In this document: positions 54,721-64,000 of the stretch, one piece after another
Position numbering within the stretch: position 1 is the stretch's first letter
Layout: each line of letters begins with the position of its first letter
Assembly: GCF_002113885.1 (NCBI RefSeq)
Contig: NW_018408351.1
Location: 763,546-827,545 of the forward strand
Reading direction: 5' to 3'
DNA length: 64,000 nt
Source of the DNA: Mizuhopecten yessoensis
Lineage: Eukaryota
Notes under the pieces: generated by a model
What the model saw: the letters and a program-made list of their open reading frames with translations, nothing else
Told to the model about the DNA's origin: nothing
Databases searched by the model: none
Program-made: the position numbers and the translations under genes

Positions 54721-55442
54721 AGACTAATATGGTTATTATCCAGTGTCCAGACTTATTATCCAGTGTCCAGACTAACATGGTTATTATCCAGTGTGTAGAC
54801 TAACATGGTTATTATCCAGTGTCCAGACTAACATGGTTATTATCCAGTGTCAAGACTAACATGGTTATTATCCAGTGTGTAGACTTACATGGCTATTATC
54901 CAGTGTGTAGACTAACATGGTTATTATCCAGTGTGTAGACTAACATGGTTATTACCCAGTGGCAAGACTAACATGGTTACTACATGGTGTCCAGGCTTTA
55001 AACGTGATTATTATCCAGTGTGTAGACTTACATGGCTTTTATCCAGTGTGTAGACTTACATGGTTATTATCCAGTGTGTAGACTAACATGGTTATTACCC
55101 AGTGTGTAGACTTACATGGTTATTATCCAGTGTGTAGACTAACATGGTTATTATCCAGTGTGTAGACTGACATGGCTATTATCCAGTGTCCAGACTAACA
55201 TGGTTATTATCCAGTGTCAAGACTAACATGGTTATTATCCAGTGTGTAGACTTACATGGCTATTATCCAGTGTGTAGACTTACATGGTTATTATCCAGTG
55301 TGTAGACTTACATGGTTATTACCCAGTGTGTAGACTTACATGGTTATTATCCAGTGTGTAGACTTACATGGTTATTATCCAGTGTGTAGACTTACATGGC
55401 TATTATCCAGTGTGTAGACTTACATGGCTATTATCCAGTGTC
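54721..55442. repeat. 28-bp minisatellite (gactaacatggttattatccagtgtgta) in DNase II intron 3
   Basis: Direct repetition, about 25 copies. Confidence 0.95.
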
Positions 55443-55686
55443 CTATTTCACTGCCAGTCAGTCACTTGGTTGTATCTAGACCAAACTCACTATCCTTATT
55501 CCACCCTGCTTACTGCCTTTCATGATTCACATTGGCAAATTGTTTGCAGAAATATAGCATCTACAATACATAATGGCCATACAAAATATACAGATAGCAA
55601 ACGTGTAGTTAAGATAAGTCATTTACGAAGTATAACTTCAATATTGTATTACAGGTTTTAATGTGGTCACTGTATAATTACAACAG

Positions 55687-55848
55687 GAGTGTTGAGTTTT
55701 GATACCCAGGAAGGATTTTGGTTGGTGCACAGTACCCCACATTTCCCGCCCAACCGTACTATGGGATGGGCGTGGCCTGACAGTGCCATGGATTATGGAC
55801 AAGCCTTCCTGTGTGTCTCCTACCCCATTGCCATGATGGAAAAAATAG
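55687..55848 (+). CDS. DNASE2: DNase II exon 4 (GVLSFDTQEGFWLVHSTPHFPP...YGQAFLCVS...EKI)
   Basis: It carries the GFWLVHS.P.FPP and YGQ..LC.S family motifs. Splice sites are caacag| and TAG|gtatgt, phase 1 to 1. Confidence 0.96.
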
Positions 55849-56070
55849 GTATGTACACAATACAACATTACTATCTTGGAAATCTAAGAGTTCCGATTAA
55901 AGGAATAAGGAGGCAGCGTAATGGTAAAAATGAATAGTTATTTAGTTGGATGTGTCTCCTCTGTAATCTTAAAGGACAAGGAACGGTGAAGTAATTGGTG
56001 GAGATTTATACCTGAAACCAGTCAGTAGCTTATGTGTAACAAGACAAATACAGATACAACTGCATGATGA

Positions 56071-56390
56071 GTCAATGTGAATGTCTTTGTAATTAACAGG
56101 TTCTATGTCAATGTGAATGTCTTTGTAATTGACAGATTCTATGTCAATGTGAATGTCTTTGTTATTAACAGGTTCTATGTCAATGTGAATGTCTTTGTAA
56201 TTAACAGGTTCTGTGTCAATGTGAAAGTCTTCGTAATTAACAGGTTCTATGTCAATGTGAATGTCTTTGTAATTAACAGGTTCTATGTCAATGTGAATGT
56301 CTTTGTAGTTAACAGGTTCTATGTCAATGTAAATGTCTTCATAATTAACAGGTTCTATGTCAATGTGAAAGTCTTTGTAATTAACACAGT
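56071..56390. repeat. 36-bp minisatellite (gtcaatgtgaatgtctttgtaattaacaggttctat) x9 in intron 4
   Basis: Direct repetition. Confidence 0.95.
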
Positions 56391-56690
56391 CCTATCTAGG
56401 TAGCAAGGTGAAGACATGTATTACTGTTATTGCATATCTATACTTTATAGTTGGTTATTTCAGTTCTTTTTCTTTTGTAATTTTTACTCAAAAGGATAAA
56501 ATTATATTTACCTGTACATGAATCAGAGATGATACAGTATCTAATTATCATATATACATGTACCTGTATGCTCCACCAGTTAGCAGAAATATCATCCCTA
56601 CAAAAAGAACCGACTGTATGGTGTTTTGTTCTTTATAAATACACTGTACATAGATGCATCAACAATGACCGTGTTTATGTTCCGTTACAG

Positions 56691-56894
56691 GTGAACAGTT
56701 TCTGTATACCTATCCCAAGATCTACGACAAAAACTTCCCCGCCAGTTTTGCCGCAAAGAGCCCTGTAATGAACCAGATTCTAGGTGATAAGCAGTCACAT
56801 GTCAAACAGTTGCCATGGTATCACAAGACAACACTGGTATCGAAGGCTGGACATAATTTTGTTAGCTATGCCAAGTTTGGGAAATTCATGGCTG
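56691..56894 (+). CDS. DNASE2: DNase II exon 5 (GEQFLYTYPKIYD...PWYHKTTLVSKAGHNFVSYAKFGKFMA)
   Basis: Acceptor ttacag|, donor CTG|gtaagt. It is an open 204 nt and matches the L.S..G..F.S.AK motif. Confidence 0.93.
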
Positions 56895-57419
56895 GTAAGT
56901 CTGGCGGTTCAGAGTAACAGCACATGTACACATCAGCAATCCAGCGCTATGGTTTACATACACTGAGGTTGTCTCTGAACTGTGGAATGCAGTATATAAA
57001 GTTTGATAGAGATGAAATCAACCACGCACAGTGGTTAGGACACTTGACCTAATTAAACGTCATGGTGACTGTACCCTGTACATGTCTCTGCCTGGTGCTG
57101 GCAGTCTGCTTCAGGAACCAGGATGTGTGTTGATGACACAAGGCTAGTCTGATGTTCCTTAAATGTGAAATAAGGTCAATTATTGTAAATGATCACAATT
57201 TTATTGATTTTACAAATCATTCAATTTCATTCAAATTAATTGATCAATATTTCTTAAAAAAAAAAAATGATCAATTTAATGAATTTAATTCATTCCTGTC
57301 AATATGAGAAGTTATCATAGTTTTACTACAAGTAGTTCATCGTTTGTTAGTATATATCAATCATTTTTATGATCATTATTTGATGACTAAAAATCTGATT
57401 ATGTACAATTTACTTGCAG

Positions 57420-57532
57420 ATCTGTATGATAACTTGGTGGCCATTGATCTGCAAAGTGACATGATGGTTGAGACCTGGCAGAAAGGAGGAGTCAAAGAAA
57501 ACCTTCCTACCAACTGTTCCATTCAGTACAAG
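57420..57532 (+). CDS. DNASE2: DNase II exon 6 (DLYDNLVAIDLQSDMMVETWQKGGVKENLPTNCSIQYK)
   Basis: Acceptor ttgcag|, donor AAG|gtatac. It carries the DLY...VETW...LP.NC motifs. Confidence 0.92.
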
Positions 57533-59622
57533 GTATACAAACATTACAACTGTTCCATTAAGTACAAGGTATACAAACATTACAACTGTTCCATTAAGTA
57601 CAAGGTATACAAACATTACAACTGTTCCATTAAGTACAAGGTATACAAACATTACAACTGTTCCATTAAGTACACGGTTTACAAACATTACATATCTATA
57701 CCAAGTACAGGATATACTTTCATAGTACACCGACACCCAATATATGGTATACATTATATATCTATACCAAGTACAGGATATACTTTCACAGTACATCTAC
57801 ACCCAATATATGGTATACATTATATATCTATACCAAGTACAGGATATACTTTCATAATACACCTACACCCAATATATGGTATACATAATATATCTATACC
57901 AAGTACAGGATATACTTTCACAGTACATTTACACCCAATATATGGTATATTTATTTCATACACCTACACCCAGAAAAAGGTATAGCTATATATCTGTACC
58001 AAATATAATATTGGGCAAGGAAGTAATTCTTACAGTGTAGACAATATGATGTTGTCAAATTTTCGGAGCAGTCCCTACCTTTATCGAGACATAGAAAAAA
58101 AACCAACAATTACATTATACATAAAAACAAGGTGTACTTATATCATACACCCAGTACAAGGTAACGTTATACACCTACACCCAGTATATGGTATACGTAT
58201 ATCCTACACCCCGTATATGGTATACGTATAACATACTCCCAGTATATGGTATACGTATATCATAAACCCAGTACAAGGTATACTTATACACCTACACCAG
58301 TACAAGGTATACTTATACACCTACACCAGTACAAGGTAATGTTATACACCTACACCAGTTCAAGGTCATGTTATACACCTACACCAGTTCAAGGTCATGT
58401 TATACACCTACACCAGTACAAGGTATACTTATACACCTACACCCAGTACACGGTAAACTTATATACCTACACCCAGTACAAGGTATACTTATACACCTAC
58501 ACCCAGTGTATGGTATACGTATATCATACACCCAGTACAAGGTAACGTTATACACCTACACCCAGTGTATGGTATACGTATATCATACACCCAGTACAAG
58601 GTAAAGTTATACACCTATGGTATACGTATATCCTACACCCAGTATATGGTATACGTATATCATACACCCAGTACAAGGTATACTTATACACCTACACCCA
58701 GTACACGGTAAACTTATATACCTACACCCAGTACAAGGTAAATTTATACACCTACACCAGTACAAGGTAAAGTTATACACCTACACCCAGTATATGGTAT
58801 ACGTATATCCTACACCCAGTATATGGTAAACTTATACACCTACACCAGTACAAGGAAAAGTTATACACCTACACCAGTACAAGGTAATGCTATACACCTA
58901 CACATGTACAAGGTAATGTTATACACCTACACCAGTACAAGGTAATGCTATACACCTACACATGTACAAGGTAATGTTATGCACCTACACCAGTACAAGG
59001 TATACTTATCCACCTACACCAGTACAAGGTATACTTATCCACCTACACCAGTACAAGGTAATGTTATACCCCTACACCCAGTACAAGGTAATGTTAGACA
59101 CCTACACCCAGTACAAGGTAGTGTTATACACCTACACCCAGTACAAGGTAAAGTTATACACCTACACCCAGTACAATGTAATGGTATACACCTACACCAA
59201 TACAAGGTATACTTATACACCTACACCAGAACAAGGTAATGATATACACCTACACATGTACAAGGTAATGTTATACACCTACACCCAGTACAAGGTAATG
59301 TTATACATCTACACCCAGTACAAGGTATACTTATTCACCTACACCCAGTACAAGGTAATGTTATACACCTACACCCAGTACAAGGTAATGGTATACACCT
59401 ACACCAGTACAAGGTATACTTATACACCTACACCAGTACAAGGTATACTTATACACCTACACCCAGTACAAGGTAATGTTATACACCTACACCCAGTTCA
59501 AGGTATACTTATATCATACACCCAGTACAAGGTATACTTATATCATACACCCAGTACAAGGTATACTTATACACCTACTCCAGTACAAGGTAAACATATA
59601 CACCTACATCCAGTACAAGTTA
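57511..59622 (+). repeat. Compound satellite filling intron 6: 36-bp donor-derived unit x5, ~70-bp unit x4, then ~28-31-bp unit (cacctacacccagtacaaggtaatgttata)
   Basis: All three sub-arrays share the agtacaaggtata core of the exon 6 junction. Confidence 0.9.
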
Positions 59623-59700
59623 ACTTGCACACACTCTTACACACAGAGAAAAAGTTCCAATTTGAGTCACACAAACGTGTGTGTGTATGCTCTGTTGTAG

Positions 59701-59829
59701 GTATACAATGTGGAGAATGTGACATTTCCTGTTGGTGGGGTGTACTTTCTGGAGACTAAGGATCATTCCAAGTGGGCAGTGTCTGTGGATAAAGGAGGCT
59801 GGACATGCATAGGGGATATCAACAGACAG
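59701..59829 (+). CDS. DNASE2: DNase II exon 7 (VYNVENV...KDHSKWAVS...[10 protein letters not shown]; second catalytic HxK)
   Basis: It carries the DHSKW and WTC.GD.NR signature motifs. Splice sites are ttgtag| and CAG|gtaata. Confidence 0.97.
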
Positions 59830-60066
59830 GTAATACAGGGGGTCCTCCTTGATCAATATAGGTAAATACTGGGAACCTCTTTAGTCAATAAAAGGTACAA
59901 AGTACAAGGGGCCCTGTGAGTCAATACATGTAAATACAGAGGACCTTGTTATTAAATACAGGTAAAGTACAGGGGGACCTTTTTATTAAATACAGGTAAA
60001 GTACAGGGGGACCTTGTCAGTCAATACAGGTAAAGTACCTGGGGATCGTGTTAGTTGATACAGGTC
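59818..60066 (+). repeat. Degenerate ~32-34-bp repeat seeded at the exon 7 donor (tcaatacag|gtaaagtacagggggaccttg), about 7 copies
   Basis: The first unit overlaps atcaacagacag|gtaatacagggggtcct. Confidence 0.8.
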
Positions 60067-60333
60067 AACTCAGCTACAGGGGATGACATTTTAAATCGGG
60101 TCAAAATCCTAGAGTCTGGTTTATGATGTTGCACTGGTCGTATGATAAATATATCTGTTTTTATGTCATAACAGGAAGAAACACATGTCAATTATGTTTA
60201 AAAAATACCCAAAATCGGCATATCTGTAAATAAATATGGCTCGAGTAAATAAATTTCCTGTATTGATATACACTTCTGCTGCACTGCTACATGTATTAAG
60301 TGTCCACACTAGTTTGTCTTTTCCTGTTTGTAG

Positions 60334-60453
60334 CGCTCCCAGTTCCATAGAGCAGGGGGAACAGTGTGTTTCCAGCAGAAACAGGTTTGGAAAAGCTTCA
60401 GAGCACTGGTTGGCAAGTACGCACCATGTCCCAAGGAAAACTGGTGGAACTAG
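60334..60453 (+). CDS. DNASE2: DNase II exon 8 (RSQFHRAGGTVCFQQKQVWKSFRALVGKYAPCPKENWWN*)
   Basis: Acceptor tttgtag|. It carries the Q..R.GGT.C...VW..F motif. The eight exons sum to 1092 nt, which is 363 aa plus stop. Confidence 0.95.
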   Translation, partial: RSQFHRAGGTVCFQQKQVWKSFRALVGKYAPCPKENWWN

Positions 60454-60798
60454 GGGCAGAAAATCAAAACTTATCTTGTGGCATTGTGACTATGTGTTCA
60501 AAAGTCTAATGATAACATTAAGATTACTATAATTATAAACTTAATTTACAACGAACAAACACACATATATATATACACACCTTACACTAGGTCTAATACC
60601 ATGTGTGAGCTTCCTACCAGTATTTTCACCTGTATAACAACAACGATTACAACAATCAAAGTGAAAGACGCTTCAATAACGAGTTATTTAGATTTCCTAG
60701 GCTTTGCTTAGTAACTGTTGGGAATGAGCACTTATCATCAGACTTTAATTAACCATGATTTTGTCATAAAACAAATTTATGTTGAAGCTCAGGTATTC

Positions 60799-60804
60799 AA
60801 TAAA
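60799..60804 (+). terminator. Candidate DNase II polyA signal (alternative at 61894-61899)
   Basis: AATAAA downstream of the stop codon. Confidence 0.45.
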
Positions 60805-60925
60805 TATCAAATAATATATGTAAGCTGCCAGTCAAAATAACTTGGCATGAACAGGATATGTTGTTCGTTTTGTAATAATGAATCGTTATTACCCGATGTG
60901 TTGACTTTTTTTCGTTGCCACTTGT

Positions 60926-61093
60926 AACTGTGTATCACTTCCCTATGGAGTAGGATTGTGGGGGGACAGCTCAGGGCACCTGTTTGTTTTGTACTATATT
61001 TGTTTGTCGCCACCTGTTACTGTGTATCACTTCCCTATGGAGTGGGATTGTGGGGGGACAGCTCAGGGCACCTGTTTGTTTTGTACTATATAT
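60926..61093. repeat. Tandem duplication, period 91 bp
   Basis: actgtgtatcacttccctatggagt...gtactatat starts at both 60928 and 61019. Confidence 0.9.
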
Positions 61094-61990
61094 TTTTTTA
61101 TTACTTGAGTATAAAAACAATGTATAGCCATCATTATTGTTCACTTATATGATAAACTGTCAGTACAACAGTCTCTGAGTATTTTAAAGTCAATAGAAAT
61201 GTCCTTGGAATATTGTTGTACTTGGAGGGCATTTTTCTCACATTCCAGGTTTTAATAATTATGATATTCCGGTTAATACAGTGGTATACCTATGAGTAAT
61301 AATGTTTACATTCCATTGTTTATAGTATACATTTTGTTTGTAGATTATTAGATACTGCATACCTGGTAATTTTTACCCAGAGAAATATTTTGCCTTTACT
61401 GTTAAAAATACAACTTTGTCCTGAGTGTGAGTTTTGTTGTTCACGGTACTGTATGAAGTAATCTGTAGTAATGTTCAGTGGACAACAATGAACAGTAAAT
61501 AGTGCTGACAATGGGAATACTATTATAGTAAGCTACACTGGTGACATTTCTTCATGACGATCCGGGTCATTTTCAGGTCAATTACGGGTGAAAATGGACT
61601 TTAATTCAACTGGCCATCGGCAAAAGTTAAACTGCAGGGATGATTTCCTGGTATACAGTATCTCATTGTTATATCTATACACATGTTGTACACACATATG
61701 CCCTACATAGGATAGGACTGGTTACTCTCCTATATAGGGAATATACAAGTTATATATATTTTATATTAACTTTTGCCTTTAACAAAGATCATGCCATATA
61801 ATGATTTATTAGTACATTTGTACATATTTTTCTTTTTCAAAAATGTTATACTGTTCTTATGATGAATCTTCTATATTTGTGTGCAATTTATTTAATAAAC
61901 TTATTTTATTCCTTTAATGAGTTTTAGATTTTTATGTTTATATTCTACAGCATATTCACAACGTATGCCATTCCATCTATCGTATTACAT

Positions 61991-62890
61991 TTTTATCCCC
62001 CGCTTTCACCGAAACGGGGGATATTAATTTGGGTTTGTCTGTCTGTCTGTCTGTCATGCTTCGTTTCCGCGCAATAACTACACCAAATATTAACCAATTT
62101 TCTTTAAACTTGGTCACAGGGTTAGATGCCTTTAGGGCTCAACCAAGTTCGATGACTACCTCCAGTGGACCCCATTTGGCAGAGTTATGGCCCCTTGAAT
62201 AACGAAAAACGTCATTATCTGCTGCGTTTCGTTTCCGTGCTATAAGTACAACAAATACTAATCGATTTTCTTCAAACTTGGTCACAGAGTAAAATGCTTT
62301 AAGGGCTTGCCCAAGTCCGATGACCACTTTCAGCAGGGTTATGGCCCCTTGAATAACAAAAAACATCATTATCTGCCGTTTCTGTTCATTAATTCTCGCA
62401 AATATTATCCGATTGTCTTCAACCTTAGTAACAGGGTTCAACGTATTAAGGGCTCTTCAAAGTGTGACAACCATTCTAATCGGATTCCATTTGGCTGAGT
62501 TATGGCCCCTTGATTAATGAAAAATGTCATTATCTACAGTTTCCGCTTAATAGCAAATATAAGCCAAATTTCTTCAAACTTGATTACAATGTTTGTGTTC
62601 CTCTGTCTTTCCACCCATCCTGGGCACTCTTTGGTTTTCGTGTGATAATTGCTGTAGATATTGTCCAGATGTTTCAATCAAATTCCGTAAGCACATCCGA
62701 CTCTTGCTCAGTTTGCCAAACGATGTGATTTGTGCATCAATGAGGTATAGGGCTTTTTTCTTCTTCAAGTTTCAAGCTATACATTATGTCTCAACAGCAC
62801 GATACTCACATGTTTAAACCTAACCTCAATAATATTAACCTACAATATGTCCTGCAAGCGGGGGATATAAATTCCACGAATTTGCTTGTT
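61991..62890 (+). mobile_element. Non-autonomous Helentron-associated element (HINE / DINE-1-like) carrying ~150-167-bp internal tandem repeats
   Basis: It has a T-run, a 5' subTIR tatcccccgctt with a local inverted copy cgggggata, a (gtct)n microsatellite, 3-4 internal repeats (gagttatggccccttga), a 3' subTIR aagcgggggata (62856-62867), a stem-loop aaattc-cac-gaattt, and a closing T-run. Confidence 0.85.
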
Positions 62891-63266
62891 TTTTCAGATT
62901 CACAACTTCATAATAAGATCAACCTTGTGTTGAATGAGTCAACAGCCTAGAAAACTCAAATATGTCCAAACTTCTGAGTCAGTTAACCTGTACATACTTG
63001 TACCCCAATGTCAAAGGGGGTGATTTAATGCCATTTCAAGTTATGACAAGTTCAAAATTGTGGTAATCAACCATTTTCAAGTTATGACAAGAGGACTAGT
63101 CACACTACTCATAAATTATTCACAAATGTTGAATGAAATATAAACTACAATTATGTGTTTGATATTTTATTTGCATCAAGCATTTAAGCTTTCATAATTT
63201 CATAATTACAAAATATACATAAATATATACTGTATTCAAGTACATCATAGCAATGGAGTGAGATAT

Positions 63267-63433
63267 GTTTAACACCAGCCTCTGGTCAGGGGTCTTACTA
63301 GCCTGTAAATGTATTTTTTAGTGTATGGTTTAACATCAGCCTCTGGTCAGGGGTCTTACTAGCCTGTAAATGTGTGTTTTAGTGTATGGTTTAACACCAG
63401 CCTCTGGTCAGGGGTCTTACTAGCCTGTAAATG
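63267..63433. repeat. ~61-bp tandem repeat x3 (gtttaacaccagcctctggtcaggggtcttactagcctgtaaatg)
   Basis: Direct repetition. Confidence 0.9.
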
Positions 63434-64000
63434 AGGTGCACCTAAATTTACGTCATCAATTATATCATTCTATATTTATTATGCAGGAAAATTCAATGGG
63501 TAAAAATAACAAATTATCTTTCTATGGGCCTGAATCAGCCAAATTGATAATTTGGGTTTTTTAATTGACATCACCATAAAACTTCTGATGTTTATTTCCT
63601 TGGCTTAGTCAAATGACCAATAAAGTATGGGCAATATATGAACAATTTACTTTTTTTCAAACATACAGGCAGACCAGGAAAGTTTGTGTCGGTGACCAGA
63701 TTACGAGTAAATGTAAAACTGAGAAAGAAAATACCCACAAATGTGTTGTGTTATACAGTACCCAAGATGCTGATTGAAAGATTAAACTAACCATAATGAA
63801 TATTTTCCGATCAATAGGTGCACACTTGAAACGTATGCAACAAGTGTTAAGATGATTAATTCTGACCAGAAAATGGTGGTCCAATATTATGTGCAAAACT
63901 GACAAATGACAAAGTTGCAGAATGTTCCTTGCCACTTAATGAATACAAATGATATTCTGCTGAATGGGTCAATACTTGATACTTTTAAACATTTTCCAAC

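Noticed and set aside
56071-56390. Intron 4 array containing ttaacag|gt as an acceptor-seeded repeat
   Set aside because: It lies 300 bp from the real acceptor and does not match exon 5, so it was not counted among the junction-derived arrays.

Overview
AT-rich animal genomic DNA, most likely a bivalve mollusc (inferred from the repeat types, the intronic minisatellite load and the actin sequence), with four assembly gaps. Two intact protein-coding genes can be reconstructed by hand. (1) A cytoplasmic-type actin on the minus strand: 2 coding exons, 376 aa, with a TATA box and CArG boxes. (2) An 8-exon DNase II (acid DNase / plancitoxin-like) on the plus strand: 48821-60453, 363 aa, with both HxK catalytic motifs and a CLEAR-like promoter element. 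The ORF track misses it as a unit. The rest is about 20 minisatellite arrays, 5'-truncated non-LTR retrotransposons, a Helentron-type non-autonomous element, a MITE with an 8-bp TSD, palindrome-capped elements and a possible solo LTR. The most striking feature is that 4 of the 7 DNase II introns begin with a tandem array whose unit is a copy of the exon end plus the 5' splice site. The largest array (about 3.5 kb, 27-bp unit) amplifies the catalytic HxK codons together with a perfect AAG|GTAAGT donor, and its first six extra donors are in frame. No prokaryotic features or CRISPR arrays are present.
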